From IMG/VR virus record IMGVR_UViG_3300017774_005745, positions 1 through 64,000 of that record: 64,000 bases of DNA, one strand, 5' to 3'. The stretch comes from a virus. Both the position numbers and the translations under genes were made by a program. The first letter of the stretch is position 1; each line of letters starts with the position of its first letter. The notes below the pieces were generated by a model, which was not told the DNA's origin, did no database searches, and saw only the letters and a list, made by a program, of their open reading frames with translations. Shown here in pieces: positions 26,558 to 37,400 of the stretch.

Positions 26558-26819
26558 GAAGCTTGGTAATTATCCCCGAGTGGGGGTCGAACTCCGTTGA
26601 GCAGACAAGGCAACGGAGGAGTTTATTTGGAAGAATGGCTCCAGGAGAGAAAGGAGCCTTTGGATTTATAAAGGACTGAGTACTTGCCTGGTCGCATGTT
26701 GGGCAGGGTGTGTTTCTAAAGAAAGCCTCCTCCTTCTTGATTTCCGGAGTAATCACATCCTTGTAGCCTTCAATGGCCTTCCAAACCTCTTCTGGATTCA
26801 GCTCCTTGAAGATACCCAT
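26538..26819 (-). CDS. small Zn-ribbon protein, antisense to the structural block
   Basis: CPTC...CLVC pairs; SD-like AAGGTGAG; fills the only gap in the plus-strand block. Confidence 0.7.
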   Translation of the reverse strand: MGIFKELNPEEVWKAIEGYKDVITPEIKKEEAFFRNTPCPTCDQASTQSFINPKAPFSPGAILPNKLLRCLVCSTEFDPHSGIITKLPTDEQG

Positions 26820-26844
26820 AGCTCACCTTTTCTGAGGACTGTTC

Positions 26845-29547
26845 GTGGCTCCAAGACTCGTTAATACAGTTCCAGGCGATATCACAACTCCGGTCAAGCC
26901 CGGCCAGCTTTTCCATCTCGGACTCAAGTCAGAGACGCAGAACGTCCAGCTTGCGTCTCTGGCAATCGACTCTGGGTTCTCGAACATTCAGAATCACGCG
27001 GTACTCCCAGAGCTTGATACGGTCAATGACGCATACGGTGTGACTACTCTCTTCGAGACATCTGAGAAGCGAGCGCCCGCCGCTGGAAGTGTGACGAAGC
27101 TCATTTCTGGTGGAAGTCTCGTTCTTACGAAGACCACTAACTCTCTCTTTGAGCAGGGAGTGTATACCCTGAATGTCCCCATCGTCCCAGGCGCATCTAC
27201 GATGGGGTACTTTAAGTTCAGAAAGAAGACAGCGTGGGTGACTCATAACCCTGACTGGTGCTCGCTGACGAACATGGTCGGCATGTACTTCGGTCTTGAG
27301 CACGGCACATTCAACACCGCTGCTTACGCTTTCTTGAGAGACAACGGCACTGGCGGCTCTATTGTCTTTGCTGGGCCGCTGCAGTCTTTCAGCACGGCGC
27401 GACCAGGTCAGACAGAGCTCGCTCAGGATTTGGACCCAGTCACCGGAGGCAACCAGGGATGGATGTCTTTGGCTGATGACAGTGTGCTTGAAGTATTTAT
27501 TCGATTCAACACTTCTGTTGTGCCGTTTAGAGCTGAGCTCTGGACACGAATTCCAGCCTCACAGTCTCCTGTATTCCAGGGTTCTATTCTTGTCGGAGCT
27601 CTCGGACAGTTCCCCTCAACGTTGTTTACGAACGGTAGAACTGGGACTTCAGAGACTGCTTCTCTCTTCTTTGGAAACATCGGAAGAACTGGAGACATTC
27701 TTCAGCTCGATGATTGGGCACTGTTTCCAGACTTCAGAGCCTCTGTTCGAAGCGGGCTCGCCGTCTCTGATTCAGAAGTACTGACGCTGCCAGACCTTCC
27801 TGCAGAATACAAAGCATCGAATGCAGTGCTCCCTACTGACTTGCCCGTAGGTAGATGGTTCGAGGCTGGCACGTTGCCCATGTCGTCAAGTTTCTTCTAT
27901 CAACCTGGGCGCTTCTTGAAGCCACAACACCTGTCCATGGACAAGGCAGTTGCGGGCTCTCTTCAGTACCAGCGAACTGAGCCTCGGCTGGAGCAACGGG
28001 CTGACGGTGTAATGATGGAGGCCTTCGTATCGGCCGAGAGTGTTTCTCGACTCGGAGACCTAGTCGGAGGAGGGTTTGGCTTCAAAGACGGACTCAACTC
28101 GTATCAAATTGCCCCTCTTGAGACCGTCACTCAGAGAAATTGGGGTCTCTTGCTTTCGGGTCCTGAGTCTCTGACGACTGGGTACCTCGTACCAGCTATC
28201 GAGCACGACTTCAGAAGTCCTAAGTTGGTTCGTATGCTTCTCGATAGAAGACGCAAGACTCTGTCCCTGGAAATCGATGACACGAAGGTGGCGTCCACTG
28301 CCACGAGCTCTCCTGCTGAGGTGTTCTCCGGGACCCAGGCATTTCCCCTTACGAGCTTCACCGGCACGACGCTGAACACTTCCATTAGCTCCGATGCAGG
28401 TGGCTCTTGGGTTACTCGCTCTCACGTATTTGCTTCAACGCCTACTACCGTTGCAGGAATTGTAGCTGCTTTGAACGGTAACGCTGTTTGGCGCGGTGCG
28501 GGAGCAACAGAGATTGAAGCAGTGGACCGTGGGGCCTTCTTCTCAATTCGAACAATCCAGACCGGGACATTGATGGGGGTTCGAGTCGATGCCTCCACTG
28601 CGGTTGGAACCGGGAAGCTCAATCTTCCGACGGTGACGCCATTCTTTGGCGCTGAGACGACCTTCCCTCTCTCCGGCTCTCTTACGGGAATAGTAGCTTT
28701 CGGCCATCCGTCGGTTGCCGCCTATGAGTCAACATTCAATGTCTCTTCGTTGAACTACATGACTCGGTATCTGGCGTGGGATGCAGAAGACTCTCTCACG
28801 CCAGACAGCGTTGCGCTGCCATCGGACATTCGATTTACCTACGACACTGTTGGCCTGAACATCGAGTCGCCGACTCCCAGCGAGTTCAGCCTCACCAAGG
28901 GAGACTACGCCAATAGCACGTTCAAGGCAGTGTACACGAAGACGCAATCCCTCACAGATGTAGGAAGCATTCAGATTGACTTCAAGGTTCAGGTTGCCGG
29001 GTATACAGATGAGACCGGTAGAGTGAACGCTCCGCTCACCTCAGTCGATGCAGGGATTGTAATCTATCTCGGCAACAAGCGAGTCCGCCTTGGGTTCTTT
29101 GACTGCGGCCTCAACGGTAGGAAGATTGGAGTCATTCCAGGGTCTGGGTCCGAGGTCGATATTCTCAATCAAACGCCACTTGGAGTGAAGTTCTCCACTG
29201 ACGTTGATTGGACGGTCATGAACCAGTATCGAATCGTCGTCCAAGCCTTCCAGAGTATTCGCGTATGGGCTGGTTCTTTTCTCGCAGACCCCATCATCAC
29301 AATCCCCTGGAGGAACGCTACTCAGGGGTTTGACCTCCCTCTAGACCTGACTCCCTCTGCAGTTGGATTTGGTCACTTCAATCACTTTGCGCTGCCAAGC
29401 TCTAGTACTACAAAGTGGAAGTTCTTCAGGTGGGGACACTCGAATGGGTACGAGATGGCCGTTGGCCAGAAGTTCCCACTAGGTGTCCCAAGCTACGCGT
29501 TTGGTGGCAAGGCATTCATCCTCTCTGACTTCGACGAGTCTCCATGA
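26845..29547 (+). CDS. virion structural protein (beta-sandwich rich)
   Basis: 900 aa; GTG start with SD GAGGA; coupled to the next ORF. Confidence 0.6.
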   Translation: MAPRLVNTVPGDITTPVKPGQLFHLGLKSETQNVQLASLAIDSGFSNIQNHAVLPELDTVNDAYGVTTLFETSEKRAPAAGSVTKLISGGSLVLTKTTNSLFEQGVYTLNVPIVPGASTMGYFKFRKKTAWVTHNPDWCSLTNMVGMYFGLEHGTFNTAAYAFLRDNGTGGSIVFAGPLQSFSTARPGQTELAQDLDPVTGGNQGWMSLADDSVLEVFIRFNTSVVPFRAELWTRIPASQSPVFQGSILVGALGQFPSTLFTNGRTGTSETASLFFGNIGRTGDILQLDDWALFPDFRASVRSGLAVSDSEVLTLPDLPAEYKASNAVLPTDLPVGRWFEAGTLPMSSSFFYQPGRFLKPQHLSMDKAVAGSLQYQRTEPRLEQRADGVMMEAFVSAESVSRLGDLVGGGFGFKDGLNSYQIAPLETVTQRNWGLLLSGPESLTTGYLVPAIEHDFRSPKLVRMLLDRRRKTLSLEIDDTKVASTATSSPAEVFSGTQAFPLTSFTGTTLNTSISSDAGGSWVTRSHVFASTPTTVAGIVAALNGNAVWRGAGATEIEAVDRGAFFSIRTIQTGTLMGVRVDASTAVGTGKLNLPTVTPFFGAETTFPLSGSLTGIVAFGHPSVAAYESTFNVSSLNYMTRYLAWDAEDSLTPDSVALPSDIRFTYDTVGLNIESPTPSEFSLTKGDYANSTFKAVYTKTQSLTDVGSIQIDFKVQVAGYTDETGRVNAPLTSVDAGIVIYLGNKRVRLGFFDCGLNGRKIGVIPGSGSEVDILNQTPLGVKFSTDVDWTVMNQYRIVVQAFQSIRVWAGSFLADPIITIPWRNATQGFDLPLDLTPSAVGFGHFNHFALPSSSTTKWKFFRWGHSNGYEMAVGQKFPLGVPSYAFGGKAFILSDFDESP

Positions 29548-32500
29548 GCCTAATCTCCCTCCAGACCGCTTCCGTTGTTCCGGAGATTCTTCTTCCGAAG
29601 GCGGTCGCAGTTTGCGATCCGGAAGTAGGCATCATTGGCTCTGTCATCAAAGTGGATGGAAGGAAGAGCACAGACCCAGACGATTCTGTTCTTACGTACA
29701 CCTGGTCTTTTGACTCTGTGCCGATTGGATCCAAAGTCGTTGGTGAGGGCTTTAAGGTCATTGACCCCGACGGCTCGGTTGTGTCGTTCTCTCCAGACAT
29801 CGTTGGAGAGTACGTCATCGGTCTTACTGTATCGAACGGGGTCTTCGTCTCTGAGAAGTCTCAGACTGTATCGAGCGTTCGCGCCATTCTCGTTCCCCAC
29901 GCCCGTGGCATCATTCCAGATGGTAAATGGATTTGGAGCTACATCAGAGACGTGTGGCAGGGAGTCGATAACAAAGAACTCTTCGAGACTCTCTGGTCTG
30001 CTCTGATTCAAATTGCAGGTGCTGAACTCTTGAAGCTCTACCAAGTAGACTTCAACAAGAGCATCCGAGATATCCAAGATTACTTCCAACGCAGATGGCT
30101 TGCGTATGAGCCCAAGCGGGAGATTCTTGTCAACGGCCCGGACTTCTACTTCGGGTACCACTACGCCGGTACGAATGCCACCTCGATCAACCTTGGTCTC
30201 GATGGCTCCGTTATTATCCTCGGTTCCAATGAATTGGTACTCGTAGAGGGGTCGGTTCTTCAGAATGTCGGAGGCAGTGTCATTCGCCTGCTTTCGAGCT
30301 CGAACGCAGCAAACAATAAGAACTATACACTCTCTGGCCTGAACACCGCCAAGAACGGGTACCAGATTGCTCGCAGTGATACGGTCCCGAGTCCTCTCTC
30401 TGACCGAGTCGACAACGACGTTGCATTCATCTTTACGACTGGCTCCACGTTGTGGTCTGTGAATGGTGCCCGTGGCAAGCCGTACGCACAACTGATGTCT
30501 GAGTACGGGTCTCCGCTGGACTACTTGTTGCCGCTCTTCATGGGCAACAACGCGGCAGGAATTCTAAACGTCCAGGCGGGCGACATCATCCACTACAAGG
30601 CAGGGCCCAACAAGGGTTTCTACAGAATTGTATCGAAGAGCGGTTCCTTCGTTACTGTAGAGAAGGCGGCTCCGAGCTTCTCAAACGTCACAACGAGTCT
30701 GACCTACACCGCTGACGTCTACCGGCCTGTTAGATTCTCCATCGACCAGCCAGACGCCCTACTGACCGACACCATCGGCATTCCACTGGATCCGAATGCA
30801 GACGTGAGTGTTGTAGCTCCTGGCCGTGTCGTGATTATCGGCGGGCAGTGTTACACAATTCTGCGCTCCTCCGTAGACTCCCGACAGAGAGTTCCTACTG
30901 TCATCATCACAATCGACAAGCCTCTTCTCCAGTCTGGTCTTACCAACCTCCCTTGGAGAACACCGCCGACTCTGATTTCGACAACACAGGACTTCGAAGC
31001 AGAGGGCGTTGCTCCTGGTGACCTTCTTCAGTTTGACATTGTTCGAGACGGGCAGAAGGTTACTTCCATTCCATGTCAGGTCGTGGGCGTGGATGGAGGG
31101 AACATTGGTTTTGTATTTACCGATGAGGCTGTCGTTCCTGGAATTGTCCCTCCTATTCCTCCCTCTTTCTACGCTCAAATTGGGAACGACCTGGCCATCT
31201 CAGGGGTGACGGAGAATCCAGACGGTACTGTCACGTTTAGCGGTGACGCCGCTACCTACTTTGACATCGCTAACTCGGGTAACTTCAAGAATACATACTG
31301 GAACAAGAGGCTCACACCAGAAACGAACATCAACATCAATCCCACTTTTCAAATCAAGCCAAGAATCGTGGTGAGGAACAACCTCATTCCTATCGATGAG
31401 AGCGTTCGCAGTATCCCGACACTTCAAAACTACATGGTGCCTGCGACCGTCATCGAGCGTGATGATGGGTTCTTCCAGATAAAGAATGGACGAGAGTACG
31501 AAGTCGAAGCACCTCCCATGACATTGCGGGAGAACATCGACTACATCGTAGACGGTCAATTTGCCTTCAAGGGGCAGATGACCTTCCAGACCGGAACAGA
31601 TGTCTTCGAAGTAGATGATGGAGACTTCATCGATCGAGGCATTCGACCGGGTGATGAGATTGTCATTGTCGAGCCAATCACCCTTGCCAGAACCTACTAC
31701 GTGCAAGCGGTCCTTTCCGCAACGAAGGTAAAGCTGACGAGAGCCATTCCGTTCTATCCTCCGACTGGGTTTGTCACGGCAAAGGTTCGCATCAAGCGAA
31801 AGCGCTCTGGGAGCTTCATTAGGTTTGTGCCCGGTAAGTTCACGGCGTCGAGACCTGCCCCTTCTCGATTCTGGGCGGAGGTTACTTTCTTCGACAACAA
31901 CGAGAACATCGAGAACAACTTTGGTATTCTTGTCGGCTTGACCAGGCAGGATATCGAAGCAGTCTCAGAGAACATCAACTACAGGCAAGCTGTCTCTGGG
32001 TTGATGTTTGCCTTCCTCAAGGGAAGTGCGTTGGAGAAGGTGAGAATCGGAGCTCAGATTCTACTCGGTCTGCCTTTTGCGGAGAACCGTGGAATCATTC
32101 GTTCTATTGAGAACGATTACCGTCTTGGAATCGATGGTAATCCTATCCTTGGGCGTCTGCTGGTCGAAGACACTTCAAGTACGGGAACGCCTCTCGGCAT
32201 TCTCAGAGTATATACCTTCCCCATTGATCCTGCCTCTGACCTTGCAGGGCTCGATGTGAACCCCATAACGGGAGTAGAGTACAAGGTTGGAGACACCGTT
32301 GAGCGCTTTGCTGCAATGAGTAAGGGAGTCGAGGTATCGGACTACATCTCAAACCCACTCCCAGCAACAAACTTCTCTCTCTCCCGACTGCTCCAACAGT
32401 TCCACTCCATCCGAGTGAGAGTGAATGACGGTCTGTTTACTCTTGACGAGATTAGTCTTGTGTCTTCCTTCTTGCGGAAGATTACCCCAAGCTACGTCTC

Positions 32501-33776
32501 TTTCTTCATATCGTCTGTCTCGGAGTTTGCTGACGACGTTGTTATTCGAGACTTCACTTCCTTTAGGATTGGAGTTGGGAGCGGAGACTTCATCGACAAC
32601 ACGTCTCTCGCAATGCCTCCTTCTTTGAATTTCAGCTCAAAGAACCCATCTGCCATATTTCAAATCCAATACGATGATGGTGTCTTCTGGATTCGGCGGT
32701 CAGGCTCCACTCTCAGTACGACGGATGGCTCCGGTCTTTTGACCATTCCTGATGGTGGTGTACTAACACCAAGGACTGGTGAAGACTTCGAAGGACCACT
32801 CACACGTGCCGGAGACAAGGTAACTATCTACCAGGGAGTGAACGCAGGAACGTATACGGTGGCGTCTGCTACCAATACGGTCATCACCCTCTCTGATGCT
32901 CCCGCGTTTGGATTCGAGACTTCCTCGAATGTCAGGTACGCCATCAAGAGAAAGATGAAATCGAAAATCACCGAAGGGGCGTCCGCAACGTTCGCCTCAG
33001 GCAACCCAATCGTAGTCCTTCAAGCAGGGCTCCGCACGGATGGAGTGGCTGTTGGAGATTGGCTGGTCAATCTCACGTCTGGGCTGCGCTACTCAGTAAC
33101 AGAGGTGATTCTCAACGGAGCGTCTTGGGATAGGGTTCGAGTCACCCCAACCCCAACAGCAAACGCCACGGTTCCTTGGATGGTCGTAAGACCGTCTCTC
33201 ATCGAGCCGTCCTATCCGGAAACTGGCACCCTTCCCATCACTTCGACGGGCGTGCCGATTCTCAGTGTCTTCGACCCGCAGATTAAGGCTCTTGCTGAGA
33301 TTGGAGATGAGCTCGAAGTTCAGGATGCCTCTTTGACTAAAGTGACTCTCTTGTCCCCTTTTACGGGTTATACGTCTCCTACCCTCCCTGCAGGGTCCTA
33401 CGGCGTGAAGCTCAAGAAGAACAAGAGAACAGGACTTGCCTGGGACCATCTTCAGAGGTTTAACCCCGAGGATGCCGCGTTTGGTGACCTCCGGGAGTCT
33501 CAGGCTCTAGCAGTCTGTACAGCCACCTCAGCAACCGTTACACTCTCTGAAGAAAGAACCACCGCACCTGCCTCTGGTCCTTCTGCGGTTAATCCAGTTA
33601 CCATCAAGGTTCTTCCAGGAGACCTCCTTATTCTTGGGGGCACGAACGGGACTGTAGATGTTGGATATGGTTTAGGTGTATACCCTATCGTAAGTGTGAC
33701 CTCTACGAACATCGTACTGGCGATGACACTCGGCACTTCTGAATCAGTTTCTTGGACCATCTCTCGGAGACGCTAA
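29544..33776 (+). CDS. large baseplate/tail protein with N-terminal PKD/Ig-like domain and repeated beta modules
   Basis: VIKVDGRKSTDPDDSVLTYTWS...FSPDIVGEYVIGLTVSNG is PKD-like. YRQAVSGLMFAFLKGSALEKVRIGAQILLGLP resembles wedge proteins. Confidence 0.6.
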   Translation: MSLISLQTASVVPEILLPKAVAVCDPEVGIIGSVIKVDGRKSTDPDDSVLTYTWSFDSVPIGSKVVGEGFKVIDPDGSVVSFSPDIVGEYVIGLTVSNGVFVSEKSQTVSSVRAILVPHARGIIPDGKWIWSYIRDVWQGVDNKELFETLWSALIQIAGAELLKLYQVDFNKSIRDIQDYFQRRWLAYEPKREILVNGPDFYFGYHYAGTNATSINLGLDGSVIILGSNELVLVEGSVLQNVGGSVIRLLSSSNAANNKNYTLSGLNTAKNGYQIARSDTVPSPLSDRVDNDVAFIFTTGSTLWSVNGARGKPYAQLMSEYGSPLDYLLPLFMGNNAAGILNVQAGDIIHYKAGPNKGFYRIVSKSGSFVTVEKAAPSFSNVTTSLTYTADVYRPVRFSIDQPDALLTDTIGIPLDPNADVSVVAPGRVVIIGGQCYTILRSSVDSRQRVPTVIITIDKPLLQSGLTNLPWRTPPTLISTTQDFEAEGVAPGDLLQFDIVRDGQKVTSIPCQVVGVDGGNIGFVFTDEAVVPGIVPPIPPSFYAQIGNDLAISGVTENPDGTVTFSGDAATYFDIANSGNFKNTYWNKRLTPETNININPTFQIKPRIVVRNNLIPIDESVRSIPTLQNYMVPATVIERDDGFFQIKNGREYEVEAPPMTLRENIDYIVDGQFAFKGQMTFQTGTDVFEVDDGDFIDRGIRPGDEIVIVEPITLARTYYVQAVLSATKVKLTRAIPFYPPTGFVTAKVRIKRKRSGSFIRFVPGKFTASRPAPSRFWAEVTFFDNNENIENNFGILVGLTRQDIEAVSENINYRQAVSGLMFAFLKGSALEKVRIGAQILLGLPFAENRGIIRSIENDYRLGIDGNPILGRLLVEDTSSTGTPLGILRVYTFPIDPASDLAGLDVNPITGVEYKVGDTVERFAAMSKGVEVSDYISNPLPATNFSLSRLLQQFHSIRVRVNDGLFTLDEISLVSSFLRKITPSYVSFFISSVSEFADDVVIRDFTSFRIGVGSGDFIDNTSLAMPPSLNFSSKNPSAIFQIQYDDGVFWIRRSGSTLSTTDGSGLLTIPDGGVLTPRTGEDFEGPLTRAGDKVTIYQGVNAGTYTVASATNTVITLSDAPAFGFETSSNVRYAIKRKMKSKITEGASATFASGNPIVVLQAGLRTDGVAVGDWLVNLTSGLRYSVTEVILNGASWDRVRVTPTPTANATVPWMVVRPSLIEPSYPETGTLPITSTGVPILSVFDPQIKALAEIGDELEVQDASLTKVTLLSPFTGYTSPTLPAGSYGVKLKKNKRTGLAWDHLQRFNPEDAAFGDLRESQALAVCTATSATVTLSEERTTAPASGPSAVNPVTIKVLPGDLLILGGTNGTVDVGYGLGVYPIVSVTSTNIVLAMTLGTSESVSWTISRRR

Positions 33777-34451
33777 ATGCTTAAGGACTTCATTCGAGTT
33801 GCAGACCAGGGCTTCACAAAGCTCGTTGATAGGTTCGGAAGAGCCATTGCTGGAAGCGTTTGGTCGTCCTCGGTGGAGGGAGAAGAGAGCGTTGTTCAGG
33901 TACAGGGATGGGTCCGTGCCCTGTGTCGAGAACGCGGTAAGATTGTTCAGGGCTCCGTGAGAGAGGGCCATAACATTTGGACAAATACCGGAAGGGAGTT
34001 TCTGGCTCTTCTGATGAGCATTGAGACAGGCCCTACCACTGCATATCGAAACGATAGAATGGCCTATATTGGAGTAGGTACTGGGTCTACAGTCGAGGAC
34101 GTTGGAGTTCTCCGTCTGGTGACTCCAATCGAATACGCCACTGGTCAGTACCTGGCTCCACTCAATGTCCCACCAACGTTCCCGCTGACTCCGTCTCGTA
34201 CGACAGTCCGATACGCACGAACTTTCGCTGAGAATGAGATTACGCTGACGCCTGGTGTTCAGGTCAACATCACTGAGATGGGCTTGTTCACGAATGGCTC
34301 TCCGTCTGCCATTCCTGCATTCAATCCAGGAACCCGTCAGACGGGTATCGCAACGGCGGGTTCACAGGCACCGAACGCGTACAAAACTTTCGAGCCCATT
34401 GGCAAGACAGACTCTCTTGAGTTTGAAGTCAATTGGGAAATTCGTTTCTGA
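33777..34451 (+). CDS. tail fibre attachment / collar-like protein
   Basis: HNIWTNTGREFLALL...MAYIGVGTG...ITEMGLF...AYKTFEPIGK, typical of proteins preceding fibre genes. Confidence 0.6.
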   Translation: MLKDFIRVADQGFTKLVDRFGRAIAGSVWSSSVEGEESVVQVQGWVRALCRERGKIVQGSVREGHNIWTNTGREFLALLMSIETGPTTAYRNDRMAYIGVGTGSTVEDVGVLRLVTPIEYATGQYLAPLNVPPTFPLTPSRTTVRYARTFAENEITLTPGVQVNITEMGLFTNGSPSAIPAFNPGTRQTGIATAGSQAPNAYKTFEPIGKTDSLEFEVNWEIRF

Positions 34452-34461
34452 GGGATAACCT

Positions 34462-37400
34462 ATGCCATCCATGGACTACTTCCGCCGTCCCCAACTATCT
34501 GGAAAGAACATCACCAGAACCACGAACGCGGTTTTGCGTGGGTCTCTTCGACGTTCAAACGCAGATGGCGTCAGTGTGGTTCCTTACTTCCCAGCCGCAG
34601 TTGCTGCACAGACGTTGAATGTTTCCATTGATGGGACGCCGTTTGTTGTTACTCTGACTGGTAACGGCATCAACACTGTCATCGCCGACATCAATACAGC
34701 TATCGGTGTTGCGGGCACTGCGTTTGACTCAGACGGTACCATCTCTATCCGTTCTGCGACGGCTGGAACTCCGAGCTCGGTTGAAGTTACAGGAGGCTCG
34801 GCTGCAACCGCACTCGGCTTCGAGGTCACGCTCGGCGGGCTTCGTGTTACTGGCGGAGATATCCCATCCTCTCCAGAAGGACGGATCGGAAATGCCGCTG
34901 GTATTGGCTTCCCGAACTCATCTGAGAATCTTACCAGTGAGTCAGTCAATCGAGCTCTCGCACGAGTCTCTGCGAACTCAGACGTTCTGTTCGCAGACTT
35001 GATGCGGCACGATGTTGTGCTCAAGCCCGTATCCTTCTCAACGTCAGATAGACGTCTCCTGACTCTGACTGCTTCTCAGCGGGTATTCATCGGTTCTCCT
35101 GGTCTGTTCACTGGTGCGAATCCGACCAAAGAAGAGCTTGTTCCGTACTACCAAGTAATCGACAACTCGAACGGCCAGCCTGCTCAGAGTAGGGTGGTTG
35201 GTGTTGTCAGAGGTTCTCCTGCTGGACTTCCTCCGTTCGCTGCTGCGACTACGTGGGTCGGTGGGGGTTCTTCTGGTTCTGTCATCAACACAAGCTTCGA
35301 CAAGGTTACTGCCGCTGCCATTACGAACATTGCAAATGGTAGAATCGTTACCTGCTCCGCAGCTAACTTCTCGGACGTCGTTGTTGGGGACTTTGCTGAG
35401 ATTACGGGAGCAACAAACACTTCTCCCATCTCAAACAACGGCGACAAGTGGGTGGTTGAGCAAGTCATCAACACGACCACTCTGGCGCTGCGTCCTCTCA
35501 CTGCAGCTCAAATCTCCGGCGTCGGGGCAACTCCAACGACAGAGGTACAGCCACTCGTAGAGTTGAGCAGCTCAAAGACTGGTCCTGAGTCTTGGGGTTC
35601 CTTGAGCATCTACAACGGGTTCTTTACGTCGCAGGCTCAGTTGATTGTCGACCCTCCACTGCCCACCGGAGGCTCGTACACTGTTCTCTGCGCCGTTCCC
35701 AGGACCTTCCGAGAAAGGCAGCCGTTTGACGAGGCACTGAATGCAAGAGCGTCGATGGTGCCTCTTGTCTCTGATGATGACCTTGTCGAGAACTGGACCT
35801 TGAGCGGATTGGTTGCCACTCCTTCTGGTCCTAACCTCGCGGTCACTGCAGGAAAGATTCGTTGGAATGGACGGGTGTACACCATCCCCGCTCGCACTTT
35901 CCTGCCAGGCGCTTTCACGAACAACACGAGAAATTACCTATACTGGGATGAGGCGACCGCAGACTACGCTATCTCTACCTCAATCTCCACCTTTGGTAAT
36001 GTGTTGGACTCTGTTGCAACGACCAACAGAGGACATCAGATCGCGGTTGTTGATTTGAGTGCAGGTGCCATCTCAAACATCATCCCAAATATTCGAAACA
36101 GGGCAGAGAAGGCCATTCCGCTTACAGTTGGAGAGGGCGGGCAATTTTCCTCAATCCCCGCAGTCGCCAGTTACATTTCCAATATCTCTGCCAACTACCC
36201 TGGAGAGACGGCGACTCTCAATGGGACCTTCCCTCACTTCGAAGTCATCATCGTTGGAAACGTATTTGGAGGATCTTCCCCAATCCCAAGGTTTACAACA
36301 GTTGGACTTACCATCAGAGGAATCAATGAGAAAGCAACGGTAGACCTTGGAGCTCTGGTAGGCGCTCTTGAGTTCGACGTAAAGTTTCTCGAAATCAGAG
36401 ACCTGAAGGTTGCTCCAGGCGTTGGGCTCGCCGGTCTCGTAAGCTCAACGGGACTAGACTCGATCGATAGAGTAACGCTCAGAAACCTCAACCAGGGCGG
36501 AGGTTCCTTTCAATCGGTCGTCATTAACGACGTCTTTGAGGCCCCTATCTCAGAGTTGATTGTTGAGGGTTGTACTCTTACTACTCGGAGCGGCATCTCT
36601 TCTTGTGTTGGAGGAGCTGGTACCGGCATTCCAAACATTAGAGTTGAGAATTCAACGTTCGAGTACGTCGGGGGTAGCGGTGTTGTTCCAAGGTTCGTCT
36701 ACAGTGCGGTAGGTCCGAACAATTGGAATGGGTCCTCCTTCTACATGTCTAATTGCACCTTCACGGGAGCATGGGGTGGTACGACCGCATGGACGGGAAG
36801 TAACTCATTCCTTCTTGCCTCGAATACAGCGTCTCGAATTACTATTCGAGATGTTGTCTGGGCAAATGGTGCGATCCCTTCGACGAACATCTCGTACCTG
36901 GTCAATGCCTCGACTGCCTTCGCACTCATCAGCAACTTCAGAATGTCCTCTGGTTCGATTCCAGTAGCTCTCAACCTGGGAGCAAATGGTATCGTCGAGA
37001 ACAGTAGCTTCACCACTACGACGTCCTTGAACAACTACGCAGTAAGCGCGAACGTCGTCAGAGGATGTTCCCTCAATCAATTGGACATTGCCGCCGCAGG
37101 GTTTTCTGGGTCTGGCATCCGTACTATCGGAGACAACGCACGAATCGAAGGAAATCTCGTCAGTGGCGGCTACTACGTCGGTATCAGAAACCCCGACTTG
37201 GCTTCGTACATCGTAGTAGCGAACAACAGAATCAACATCACGGGTCTTACGAACTCAACTGCAAATGCATTTGGAGGATGCTTTGCTGGCATTCAGACAG
37301 GAGACACAGCCGTCGGTGCTCAGGTCCTCTCTAACTCTATCACCATTGGAACTGTTTACGGAACTTTCCATGGGATTACCCCTGACTTGGGAGGATCTGG

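Noticed and set aside
26573-26595. tRNA-like 3' end on the minus strand (GAGTTCGACCCCCACTCGGGGA)
   Set aside because: The T-stem does not pair, there is no D or anticodon arm, and it encodes EFDPHSG of the Zn-ribbon gene.
36950-36964. T-arm-like CTGG-TTCGATT-CCAG
   Set aside because: No acceptor stem or anticodon arm; it lies in frame within the tailspike gene.
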